Shown one piece after another: positions 17,035-25,870 of a DNA stretch of 64,000 bases. This DNA is from an uncultured Candidatus Micrarchaeota archaeon (lineage in GTDB: Archaea; Micrarchaeota; Micrarchaeia; Burarchaeales; Fermentimicrarchaeaceae), in assembly GCA_903884505.1 (NCBI GenBank), contig CAISET010000027.1:1211-65210 (forward strand). Reading direction: 5' to 3'. The first letter of the stretch is position 1. The number at the start of each line of letters is the position of its first letter. The notes under the pieces were generated by a model. The model saw only the letters and a program-made list of their open reading frames with translations. It was not told where the DNA came from and did not search any database. Both the position numbers and the translations under genes were made by a program.

Positions 17035-17805
17035 ATGTACGACGCATTCTTCTTTGACTGTGATGGCGTCATTACGAACAAGAGGGCGCAGGTGGATTCC
17101 CAGGTAATATTTGAGGCCTACCGCCACGCGCATTCCGGGAGAAAAATCGCCTTCGTGACAGGTAGGTCGCTCGACTGGTTCTCCAAAAACCTCATACCTG
17201 CAATTGAGCGATTCAATCCCACTCCCGAGGAGAAGAGGCGCTTTTTCTTCATCGGTGAATATGGGAACAGGTGGCTCTCCTTCTCGGGCGGAACCCTCGC
17301 GCATGGGAGCGATGATTCGCTCGCGGTCCCGGAGAAGGTGAGAACTGCGGTGAGGAATGAAATGCACCGCTTCCCCTACCTCTCCTTCGATGAGACAAAG
17401 GAGTCTTTCATCTCCATTGAGGTAAGGCACGAGCGGCTGGTTTCGCCGCAGGCTGAAAGGGAGGCGCAGCGGCAGATTGATGAAGCGCGTGGAGCTTTTG
17501 CCGCAAAATTCCCGCAGCTTGTTGCCATCCGCACGCTTTATGCGGTTGACGTGATGGGAAAAGGAGTAGGGAAAGCCGCTGCTACGAGAAGGGCGCTGGA
17601 GCTGATGGGCAGCGTTTCGCAGGCGCTGGTCATCGGTGACAGCGAGATTGACCTGGAGATGGGCGAGGAGCTGCGAAGAAAAGGCATAGAGTTTGATTTC
17701 TACTATGTTGGCGAAGGCCAGATTCCGCGCCCCTCATTCCCAGTAAAGAAGGCGCCGGGGCTTTACGCGGAAGGGACGCTGGAAGTCCTGCGCGGCGTTA
17801 GATAA
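17035..17805 (+). CDS. HAD-superfamily hydrolase (IIB-like)
   Basis: FFDCDGVI, VTGRS, GKAAA, IGDSEID; AGGAGG RBS before the ATG at 17035. Confidence 0.88.
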   Translation: MYDAFFFDCDGVITNKRAQVDSQVIFEAYRHAHSGRKIAFVTGRSLDWFSKNLIPAIERFNPTPEEKRRFFFIGEYGNRWLSFSGGTLAHGSDDSLAVPEKVRTAVRNEMHRFPYLSFDETKESFISIEVRHERLVSPQAEREAQRQIDEARGAFAAKFPQLVAIRTLYAVDVMGKGVGKAAATRRALELMGSVSQALVIGDSEIDLEMGEELRRKGIEFDFYYVGEGQIPRPSFPVKKAPGLYAEGTLEVLRGVR

Positions 17806-17849
17806 ACGACGAACGAGCATTTTTAAACCGCGGGGAGTAATCTTCTTCT

Positions 17850-18926
17850 ATGAACGCCACGAGGAGCAGGAAGGGCTCGCACATAGACATCTGCCTGAAG
17901 AAGGGCGTCGAGGCGAAGGTGAAGACAGCGGGCTTCGACGACGTGGATTTCTTCCACAACGCCCTGCCCGAGCTGGATTTCGCCAAGCTTGACACGCGCA
18001 CCCCGTTCCTCGGGAAGAGGCTGAAGGCGCCAATAGTTATCGAGGCGATGACGGGCGGCTACGAAAAGGGAGGGGAGATAAACCTCGCGCTCGCGGAGGC
18101 TGCGCAGGAACACGGCCTGGCTTTCGGCCTTGGTTCGCAGCGCGCCATGCTTGAAGATGTGGCGCTTTCCTCGACCTACAAGGTCCGCAACGTTGCGCCG
18201 GACGTGCCTTTAATCGGAAACATAGGAATGACGCAGCTGAGGAAATACGGCGTGCAGAAGATTGCGTGGGCAGTAAAGTCGGTTGATGCGGACGCGCTTG
18301 CCATACATCTGAACCCGCTCCAGGAGCTAGTGCAGCCCGAGGGGGACAGGAATTTCGAGGGATGCCTTAAGCTCATCAAGAAGGTTTGCGACGAGGTTCC
18401 GGTTTCGATTATAGTGAAGGAGACTGGCGCGGGCATAAGCCCCGAGGTTGCAATCAAGCTTGCGGAGGCAGGCGTTGCTGCGATAGATGTCGCAGGCGCA
18501 GGCGGCACTTCCTGGAGCGCTGTCGAGATGCTTAGGGGCAATGAATCGAGCGATGGCGCGTTCTGGGACTGGGGAATCCCAACAGCAGTTTCAACTACGC
18601 TGGTTTCAAGGGCAGTGAAAATTCCAGTAATAGCTTCCGGAGGGGTGCGTTCAGGGGTCGATGTTGCGAAAGGGATAGCGCTGGGCGCATCGCTGGGCGG
18701 CGCGGCTTTGCCTTTCCTGAGGGCCTGGGGCAATGGAGGGAAAAAAGCCGTCTCAACGCTCGCAGGGGAATGGGTGAACGAGCTGAAGATGGCGATGGCG
18801 CTCACCGGATGCAGGCAGGTCCACGAACTCGGCAGCGTAAGGCTCATTATTACTGGGAAGACTTCGGAAACGCTCTGCGCCTTCGGGTGCTTCCCGTCCA
18901 ACTTCGTCTCGAGGGAGCAGAGATAG
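17850..18926 (+). CDS. fni: Type 2 isopentenyl-diphosphate isomerase
   Basis: RKGSHI, AMTGG, GSQR, HLNPLQELVQPEGD, VKETG, GAGGTSW, WGIPT. Confidence 0.96.
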   Translation: MNATRSRKGSHIDICLKKGVEAKVKTAGFDDVDFFHNALPELDFAKLDTRTPFLGKRLKAPIVIEAMTGGYEKGGEINLALAEAAQEHGLAFGLGSQRAMLEDVALSSTYKVRNVAPDVPLIGNIGMTQLRKYGVQKIAWAVKSVDADALAIHLNPLQELVQPEGDRNFEGCLKLIKKVCDEVPVSIIVKETGAGISPEVAIKLAEAGVAAIDVAGAGGTSWSAVEMLRGNESSDGAFWDWGIPTAVSTTLVSRAVKIPVIASGGVRSGVDVAKGIALGASLGGAALPFLRAWGNGGKKAVSTLAGEWVNELKMAMALTGCRQVHELGSVRLIITGKTSETLCAFGCFPSNFVSREQR

Positions 18927-18927
18927 C

Positions 18928-19950
18928 ATGACGAGCATTGCGCCAGGCAGCGTGAAGCTGTTCGGCGAGCACGCGGTAATATACGACCGGGTAGGCCTAT
19001 CCGCTTCGCTGGACAGGCGCGCCTCGGTGACCATCCTCCCGGAAGAGCATGACCGCGTAGAGATTCTTCTTCCTGATTTCAAGTTCAGCCGCACGCTCAG
19101 CGAGGAGGAGATAGAGAATGAGAGGCGCACGCTCGATTTCCTGTTCCTGAAGAATGAGATGGGAAGGCTGCGCGACCTGAGAAAAGACAATTTCGCGCTC
19201 CCTTTCGCCTACATCCTCGGCAACATTTTCCTGAGGACGGGCTTCGCCCCCATGAAGGTGGAAGTGAGGTCGCAGGTCCCCCGCTTTTCAGGGCTCGGCT
19301 CAAGCTCCTCCATCTTCACCGCATTCGCGAGCGAGCTGAGCGCGCATTTCAAGCTCAGATTCACGCTGCAGGACATCGCGGACCTCGCAAACATCGGCGA
19401 CAAGGTCGTGCACGGCTCGCCGAGCGGGATTGACGTCAACACGTGCGCGCACGGCGGCTTCCTCCGCTTCAGGAAAGGGGAGGGGATGAAGAGGGCGGAT
19501 GTGAAGGGGTTCGTGCATGTGGTTGTGGCAAACACGAACCTGAAGAAGGACACCGGGGAGATGGTCGCAAGGGTTGCCGAGAGGTTCGCGAAGGACCGCA
19601 GCGGAACCGATGGTATTTTCGATGACATGCAGGAGGCCGCTTTCGCAGGCGTTGATGCGCTGAAGGCAGGCGATTTGGTGAAGCTCGGCGCCGAGTTCGA
19701 CAGGGCGCAGGGATGCTTCGAGAGGCTCGGCCTGAGCACGAAGGAGACGGACGAGATTGTGAAGGCCGCGAGGAAGCACGGGGCCTATGGCGCTAAGATA
19801 AGCGGGGCCGGCGGCGGGGGGTGCGTGATTGCGCTTGCCAAGGAGCCGGCGAAACTGGTCCCGATTCTCGGGAAGATGGGCTATCCCTCGTTCATCTCGG
19901 AGCTCGGGGTTGAGGGAGTGAAGCACGGGAAATTCGACCACGTGATGTGA
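18928..19950 (+). CDS. mvk: Mevalonate kinase
   Basis: APGSVKLFGEHAVIY, SGLGSSS, HGSPSGID, AKISGAGGGG; follows fni. Confidence 0.92.
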   Translation: MTSIAPGSVKLFGEHAVIYDRVGLSASLDRRASVTILPEEHDRVEILLPDFKFSRTLSEEEIENERRTLDFLFLKNEMGRLRDLRKDNFALPFAYILGNIFLRTGFAPMKVEVRSQVPRFSGLGSSSSIFTAFASELSAHFKLRFTLQDIADLANIGDKVVHGSPSGIDVNTCAHGGFLRFRKGEGMKRADVKGFVHVVVANTNLKKDTGEMVARVAERFAKDRSGTDGIFDDMQEAAFAGVDALKAGDLVKLGAEFDRAQGCFERLGLSTKETDEIVKAARKHGAYGAKISGAGGGGCVIALAKEPAKLVPILGKMGYPSFISELGVEGVKHGKFDHVM

Positions 19951-21639
19951 ATGGCGCTCGAAGAGACTATCCGCAAGCATGCACTGAAGAACGCATTTGA
20001 TTACGGGAAGGCGGAGCCCGGGGGCGTTGTCGGGAAGGTAGTCGCCGAATTCCCGGATGCGAAGAAGGACATGAAGAAGACGATGCAGCTCGTCGTGAGG
20101 ATAATCGCCGAAGTAAACAAAATGGGCAGGGCGCAGGTTGAGGCGGAACTTTCCAAATTTGAATTTGTAAAAAAAGAGGAAGGGCCGAGGAGATGGGAGC
20201 TTCCGGGCGCAGAGGAAGGCAAAGTAGTCACGCGCTTCCTCCCGGAGCCGAACGGCTACCCGCATATAGGGCACGCTAAGGCGGCGTGGCTCAGCTATGA
20301 GTTCGCAAGGCAGTGGAAGGGGAAATGCCATCTCCGCTTCGACGACACCAACCCCGAAAAGGAGAAGCAGGAGTATGTCGATGCCATACGCCGGGACGTC
20401 GAATGGCTCGGCCTTTCATTCCCAGGCGAGACCTACTCCTCGGACATGATTCCTGAGTTCTACAAATACGCTGAGAAGCTCATCAAGCAGGGCGACGCAT
20501 ACGTCTGTGGATGCAAGCGCGAGGAGATGTCGCGCAACAGGATGGCCGGGAAGGAGTGCACGTGCAGGGGCAGGCCTGGCGAGGAAAGCCTAAGGCTCTG
20601 GAAGGGGATGCTCAAGGGAGAATTCGAGGAGGAGCAGTACATACTGCGCCTAAGGGGCGACATGAAGTCGCTCAATACGGTGATGCGCGACCCGACGCTT
20701 TTCCGCATCAACGTCACGCCCCATTACAGGAAGGGGACGAAATATGCAGTCTGGCCCACTTACGATTTCGAGGTCTCAATCGCGGATTCGCTCGACGGGG
20801 TGACGCATGCGATGCGCTCGAAGGAGTATGAATTGCGCGACGAGCTTTACTACGAGATTCCGAAAAGGTGCGGGTTCAAGCCTCCACAAATCTACGATTT
20901 CTCTCGCCTGAATCTGAAGGGAACGATGCTGAGCAAGAGGTTCCTCAAGCCGCTAATAGATGAAGGGAAGGTCATGGGCTGGGACGACCCGCGGCTGCCC
21001 ACGCTCATCGGCCTGAAGAGGCGCGGGATTCCGCCCGAAGCCATCAAATCGTTCGTGCTGCAGTTCGGCCTGAGCAAGGTCGAGAGCGAGCCCGGCTGGG
21101 ATGCGCTGCTGGTCGAAGCGAAGAGGCTCGTGGAACCCTCGGCCGAGCATTATTACTTCGTTCCCGAACCCGTGAAGGTTTCGGTGAAGAACGCGACAGG
21201 CGAAACGGCAAGGCTGAAGAAGCTGCACACGCCGAACAGCCCTGTACGCGAGATTAAGACCACCTCGACATTCTACATTCCAAAAACCGATGCAGATGCC
21301 GTCACGGTCGGAGAGATAATCCGCCTCAAGGACCTTTGCAACATCAAGATTACGAAGAAGGCGAAAGGGGGCTTGGAAGCAGAATTCGCCGGAAACGAAT
21401 CCGTGGAAGCGAAAAAAGTCCAATGGGTGAGCGAACCTCACATCGAAGTTTCAGTTGCTGTCTTGGGCGACCTCTTCATCGAAGGGAACTTTAACCCTGG
21501 AAGCATGAAATGGGAGAAGGGGCTCGCCGAGCCGGCTGTCGGAGAGATTCAACAGGGTGCGGTCGTGCAGTTCGAAAGGTATGGGTTTTGCAAGCTGGAC
21601 GACAAAAAGGGCGGGAAGTTTATTCTTGCCTTCAGATGA
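19951..21639 (+). CDS. gltX: Glutamate--tRNA ligase, archaeal type
   Basis: RFLPEPNGYPHIGH, RFDDTNP, WPTYDF, LSKR, GWDDPRLPT, QFERYGF. Confidence 0.96.
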   Translation: MALEETIRKHALKNAFDYGKAEPGGVVGKVVAEFPDAKKDMKKTMQLVVRIIAEVNKMGRAQVEAELSKFEFVKKEEGPRRWELPGAEEGKVVTRFLPEPNGYPHIGHAKAAWLSYEFARQWKGKCHLRFDDTNPEKEKQEYVDAIRRDVEWLGLSFPGETYSSDMIPEFYKYAEKLIKQGDAYVCGCKREEMSRNRMAGKECTCRGRPGEESLRLWKGMLKGEFEEEQYILRLRGDMKSLNTVMRDPTLFRINVTPHYRKGTKYAVWPTYDFEVSIADSLDGVTHAMRSKEYELRDELYYEIPKRCGFKPPQIYDFSRLNLKGTMLSKRFLKPLIDEGKVMGWDDPRLPTLIGLKRRGIPPEAIKSFVLQFGLSKVESEPGWDALLVEAKRLVEPSAEHYYFVPEPVKVSVKNATGETARLKKLHTPNSPVREIKTTSTFYIPKTDADAVTVGEIIRLKDLCNIKITKKAKGGLEAEFAGNESVEAKKVQWVSEPHIEVSVAVLGDLFIEGNFNPGSMKWEKGLAEPAVGEIQQGAVVQFERYGFCKLDDKKGGKFILAFR

Positions 21640-21649
21640 GGTGGTGTTG

Positions 21650-22009
21650 GTGGTGAATATAGTAAAAGGAATAGTCGATTTCGCCCTGTTCAAGGAGTTT
21701 GTGACGCCCGTGTTCCTCAAGATACTCTACCTGATATTCTTCATCGTCCTGAACGTGGGCGGGCTGCTCCTAATAGGAGTCTATCTGGTACTTGGCGTGC
21801 TGGCATTCGTGACCGCATTGAACGGAGGGAATGCGACAAACGGAGTATTCGCGCTTGTCGTGATGCTGATAATGGCAGTGATTCTGGTCATCATGCTCAT
21901 CATCTACAACCTGTTAATCAGGATGTATTTCGAGGTTGTGCTCCTGATGTTCAACATCCATGGCTACCTTAAGTCCATCGATGACAAAACATCTGCCGGC
22001 AGGAAGTAG
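21650..22009 (+). CDS. DUF4282-like membrane protein
   Basis: FKEFVTP..LKILY and LIRMYFEVVLLMFNI with 2-3 TM helices; start approximate. Confidence 0.75.
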   Translation: MVNIVKGIVDFALFKEFVTPVFLKILYLIFFIVLNVGGLLLIGVYLVLGVLAFVTALNGGNATNGVFALVVMLIMAVILVIMLIIYNLLIRMYFEVVLLMFNIHGYLKSIDDKTSAGRK

Positions 22010-22042
22010 GCGTTTATATACGGGGAGAGGCATAAATTAGGC

Positions 22043-22369
22043 ATGACGAATGCCTTATCATACCTGCTGGCAGTTCTTTTGCTTTCAGGCATAGCTTATG
22101 CCGCAGCAGGCGACACCTTGGCTGAGCACGCGAATGAGAGGCTGCAACTCCTGGTGACTCTGCTCTATTCGATAGCCGCACCCATTGCGCTCGGGCTCAT
22201 CGTGTTCGCAGGGGTCGTCTATTCCGGCGGGCAGGCTTTCGACAAGGCTACGCGCGAGAAAGCCAAGACCTGGAGCACATCCATAATAATAGGCGCGGCA
22301 ATCGGAATCCTGATAATCGTCCTGGCGCCTTTCGCGGTCTCCTTCATCGTCGCGATGGGCGCGACCTAA
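22043..22369 (+). CDS. TrbC/VirB2-like pilin-type small membrane protein
   Basis: Signal peptide (AYA/A), then two hydrophobic helices separated by the basic loop REKAKTW; TTTATATA box about 30 bp upstream. Confidence 0.65.
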   Translation: MTNALSYLLAVLLLSGIAYAAAGDTLAEHANERLQLLVTLLYSIAAPIALGLIVFAGVVYSGGQAFDKATREKAKTWSTSIIIGAAIGILIIVLAPFAVSFIVAMGAT

Positions 22370-22406
22370 TCGGCCCGGCAGCCTAGTTTCAGAGCTTACG
22401 CCGCAT

Positions 22407-22949
22407 CTAGCCGAGCTGCTTTTCCAGCTCCTTACTCCAGTCAATCCTGCCGGCAAGGAACTTTTTGCCCCTGCCCCTGGCTATTGCCTCTATTTCTCTC
22501 GCGTTCTCGCCCAGCTTCTTCCCGGTGTCTATCTCAAAGACCTTCTTCTTCGGGTAGTTGGCGAGGCTGCAGATTGTGCAGTAGTCGAGCATCTCGGCCA
22601 TCAGGTTCTCCTCTGCCTTCTTCTTCGGGTATTTCCTCTGCGAGAGCCGCTTCTCGAGCAGCTTCGGGCTCGTCCTGCAGACGACAACGAGATCGGCAGG
22701 AAGCGGGAACTCGCAGGCAAGGTGGCCTTCCATAACCAGGTCATTCCCCGCATCCATCAGCCGCTTCAGCTCTCTCTGCAGCGGGCCCATAAGGACTATC
22801 TTCGCGCCGAACCTGTCCTTCCCCTTCCAAAGCCTCTTTTTCACGACCACGTCGTTGATTTTCACGAGCCGCAGCTTCATCTTCCTCGCAATCTTCTGAG
22901 CAAGCACGGTCTTCCCCGTCCCGGGGACGCCGGTGATGACAAGGCGCAT
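22407..22949 (-). CDS. Adenylate kinase, AK6/hCINAP archaeal family
   Basis: ITGVPGTGKT, EGHLA, RLSQRKYPKKKAEENLMAE. Confidence 0.9.
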   Translation of the reverse strand: MRLVITGVPGTGKTVLAQKIARKMKLRLVKINDVVVKKRLWKGKDRFGAKIVLMGPLQRELKRLMDAGNDLVMEGHLACEFPLPADLVVVCRTSPKLLEKRLSQRKYPKKKAEENLMAEMLDYCTICSLANYPKKKVFEIDTGKKLGENAREIEAIARGRGKKFLAGRIDWSKELEKQLG

Positions 22950-22987
22950 GAAAACGGTTTTTAACTCGCCTGTTAAAAGCCTTTGCC

Positions 22988-23827
22988 ATGAGGTATCCCG
23001 CTGTTGCCGGAACGTTCTACCCTGGAAAGAAGGAGGAGCTCGAGAGGCAGATTGAAGAGGCATTCGTGAAGGAGGCGGGAGCGCCGAAGCTTTCCGACAG
23101 GCGCGACATCGCGGCCGCCGTTGTTCCCCACGCGGGCTATTTCTACTCGGGATGGGTTGCGGCGTTCGCGTACAGGAGGATTGCCGCAGCTTATTCGAAG
23201 CCCCCTGTCTTCGTGATTGCGGGGCCGAACCACACAGGCTACGGGACCAGAATGAGCCTTTCGAAGGAGGACTGGCAGACTCCGCTGGGCGTGGCGAAGA
23301 ATGATCTGGATCTTGGGAAAGCCATCAAGAAGAATTCGAAGATAATTGAGTTCGACGAGGCAGCGCATGAGTATGAGCATTCTATAGAGGTGCAGCTTCC
23401 CTTCCTCCAATACATCTACCACGGGGAAGAAATCCGCTTTGTGCCAATCTGCATCATGTCGCAGGGCCCTGAAACCGGGCGCGACCTCGGGGATGCTGTC
23501 TTCAAGGCTGCGGCGGAGCTGAAGCGTGACGTTTTCTTCATCGCAAGCTCGGACTTCACGCATTTCGAGAGCGCGGATAGCGCAAAATCGAGGGATACTG
23601 CGGCGATTGCAAAATTGGAAAAGCTGGATTTGGAAGGCTTCGACAAGGTGCGCGCGGCAAAGAACGCGACGATATGCGGCTATGGCCCGATTCTCGCGGC
23701 GATGCATTACGCAAGGCTGAAGGGCTGCAGGCGTGCCGAAATCCTCAGATATGCGAGCTCGGGAGATATTACCGGCGACTTCGGGCAGGTAGTCGCCTAT
23801 TGCAGCGCGGTTTTCCCGCACAGGTGA
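22988..23827 (+). CDS. amrB: AmmeMemoRadiSam system protein B (MEMO1 family)
   Basis: RYPAVAGTFYP, PHAGYFYSG, GPNHTG, EHSIEVQLPFLQ, SSDFTH, CGYGPI. Confidence 0.93.
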   Translation: MRYPAVAGTFYPGKKEELERQIEEAFVKEAGAPKLSDRRDIAAAVVPHAGYFYSGWVAAFAYRRIAAAYSKPPVFVIAGPNHTGYGTRMSLSKEDWQTPLGVAKNDLDLGKAIKKNSKIIEFDEAAHEYEHSIEVQLPFLQYIYHGEEIRFVPICIMSQGPETGRDLGDAVFKAAAELKRDVFFIASSDFTHFESADSAKSRDTAAIAKLEKLDLEGFDKVRAAKNATICGYGPILAAMHYARLKGCRRAEILRYASSGDITGDFGQVVAYCSAVFPHR

Positions 23828-24030
23828 TGGTTATGGAAATTTCGAAAGAGAAGCTTCTGAAAAAGGGCAACGGGAGCCTGGCTGCATTCGCGCTTTTCTC
23901 AATCTCCAGCATCTCCTGCCCCTGCCCGTTCTGCATCGGAGGGGCGTGCATCAGCTTCCTCAACAGCGTGCGCGAAAAACTCTCAATCGGCCCGAAGTTC
24001 CTGGAAGAGCCAACCCGGGGCCGGGATTAA
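23827..24030 (+). CDS. Small hydrophobic protein with a CPCPFC motif
   Basis: ATG overlaps the amrB stop, with a GGTGA RBS before the second ATG at 23833. Confidence 0.55.
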   Translation: MVMEISKEKLLKKGNGSLAAFALFSISSISCPCPFCIGGACISFLNSVREKLSIGPKFLEEPTRGRD

Positions 24031-24042
24031 GAAAAAGATGGC

Positions 24043-24420
24043 TCAGCCCAGTCTTTTTTTGCGCAGGCAATTCTCGCAAACTCCAGTTATGTCAAGCTGG
24101 AAGTGGCAGACTTTGCCATTGGCCGCATCTTTGATGAAATCTATTTTCGAGAGTTTCAAATGCTCCACATGTCCACATTTTGAGCAGGTAAAATGGCAGT
24201 GGCTGTCCTCCTTCACCGAATACAGCCTGCGCCTGCCGCATAAATATGAGTGAACCTCCCCTGAACGCTCCCTGCTCTTCAGGAAACGGTAGACGGTCGC
24301 GATGCCGATGCGTGACTTCTTCTGCGCCTTTGAGGCCAGTTCTTCGGCCGTGAAGAAGGAATCGGCAGCGTTCAGAGAATCCATAAGCACGCGTTCCTGT
24401 CGTGTGTGGCGTTTCATCAT
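24043..24420 (-). CDS. Fur-family transcriptional repressor (Zur-like)
   Basis: IGIATVYRFL, HCHFTCSKCG, GVCENC; divergent from the ZIP transporter. Confidence 0.92.
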   Translation of the reverse strand: MMKRHTRQERVLMDSLNAADSFFTAEELASKAQKKSRIGIATVYRFLKSRERSGEVHSYLCGRRRLYSVKEDSHCHFTCSKCGHVEHLKLSKIDFIKDAANGKVCHFQLDITGVCENCLRKKRLG

Positions 24421-24424
24421 AGGC

Positions 24425-24447
24425 TTATTGATAATGAACATCAATAA
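24425..24447. promoter_or_regulatory. Candidate Fur/Zur operator
   Basis: Perfect inverted repeat TTATTGAT-N7-ATCAATAA between the fur-family and ZIP genes. Confidence 0.65.
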
Positions 24448-24491
24448 AATACTTATAGTCGCGGCCCGAATTTGATTACAGGTGGATTGTT

Positions 24492-25235
24492 ATGGATACG
24501 CTTTCGTGGATTATTCTCGCAACGCTGGTCGATGGCCTGGTGGCCCTCGTAGGCGTCTTCACGCTCGGGATGAGGAAGAAGCTTTTCGACATGCTCGTCT
24601 TCCTGCTCGTTGCATTCTCCGCGGGCGCTCTGCTCGGCGGCGCGTTCTTCCACCTCCTCGTCGAATCCGTGGACCAGATCGCGCTCAACGCTGCGCTGGT
24701 ATACCTCATCCTTGGCTTCGCGCTCTTTTTCGTGCTCGAGAAGGTGCTTCTGTGGAGGCACTGCCACGAGGGCAAGTGCGATGTCCATCCCTTCACCTAT
24801 TTGATACTGTTCGGCGACGGCGTGCACAACTTCATCGATGGCCTGGTCATAGCTGCCAGCTTCCTTGTGAGCGTGCCGTTCGGCATAGTCAGCACCATGC
24901 TAATCCTCAGCCATGAGATACCGCAGGAGCTGGGCGATTTCGGCGTTCTTGTCTACGGCGGCATAGAAAAGAGGACCGCGCTTCTCTATAACCTTGCTGC
25001 GCAGCTCACCTGCGTGCTCGGCGGCCTTGCGGGCTACTTCGGGCTGCAGGCGGCGGGCGGTGCGATGGCGCCGCTGCTCGCGTTCGCAGCAGGGGGCTTC
25101 ATCTACATCGCAGCGTCCGACCTCATCCCTGAATTGCACAAGGAGGAAGAGATGAGCAAGGCGGCAAATGCCTTTGCCGTGTTCCTTGTGGGCGTCGCCC
25201 TGATGCTCGTGATGAAATACTACATCGGCGGCTGA
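24492..25235 (+). CDS. ZIP-family metal (zinc) transporter
   Basis: WRHCHEGKC loop, GDGVHNFIDG, HEIPQELGDF, FIYIAASDLIPELH. Confidence 0.94.
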   Translation: MDTLSWIILATLVDGLVALVGVFTLGMRKKLFDMLVFLLVAFSAGALLGGAFFHLLVESVDQIALNAALVYLILGFALFFVLEKVLLWRHCHEGKCDVHPFTYLILFGDGVHNFIDGLVIAASFLVSVPFGIVSTMLILSHEIPQELGDFGVLVYGGIEKRTALLYNLAAQLTCVLGGLAGYFGLQAAGGAMAPLLAFAAGGFIYIAASDLIPELHKEEEMSKAANAFAVFLVGVALMLVMKYYIGG

Positions 25236-25306
25236 GTTACGGCGCCTGCCGAACCATCGCGCCCCGCCGAATATAGCTTTAAAACCACCCCCTCCGAATC
25301 ATCATC

Positions 25307-25870
25307 ATGGACATCGCAGTCGCCATAACCGGCGCCTCTGGCACAGCTTATGGCATGCGCCTTGCCGAGGAGCTTGCGAAGGCAGGCAACAAGCTGGAGA
25401 TAGTTGTCAGCGATGGCGCGAAGAAGGTCATGGACTACGAGCTGGAGGGCGGCGCGAAAAAGGCAATCGTGCGGCTGAGGAAGTTCGGGAAGGTTTATGA
25501 TGAAAACGACATGAGCGCGGACTGCGCGTCCGGCTCGAGCGCCCCGGATGCCTTCATTGTCTGCCCTTGCTCCATGAAGACGCTCTCAGATATTGCGAAC
25601 GGGTATTCGAAGAACCTTGTGAGAAGGGGCGCGGAGGTCGCGCTGAAGGAGGGGAAAAAGCTCGTATTGGTTCCACGGGAGATGCCTTTCACCGCAATCC
25701 AGCTTGAGAACATGCTCAAGCTCGCGCGGCTCGGGGTTGTGATAATGCCGCCGCAGCCCGCTTTCTACTCGAAACCGAAGAAAATTGATGATGCGGTTGA
25801 TTTTGTCGTCGGGAAGATAATGGATGTGATTGGAGTGAAAAATTCGCTCTATGCGAGGTGGCAGGAATGA
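25307..25870 (+). CDS. ubiX: Flavin prenyltransferase
   Basis: AITGASG, ASGS, PCSMKTL, PREMP, PAFY. Confidence 0.95.
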   Translation: MDIAVAITGASGTAYGMRLAEELAKAGNKLEIVVSDGAKKVMDYELEGGAKKAIVRLRKFGKVYDENDMSADCASGSSAPDAFIVCPCSMKTLSDIANGYSKNLVRRGAEVALKEGKKLVLVPREMPFTAIQLENMLKLARLGVVIMPPQPAFYSKPKKIDDAVDFVVGKIMDVIGVKNSLYARWQE

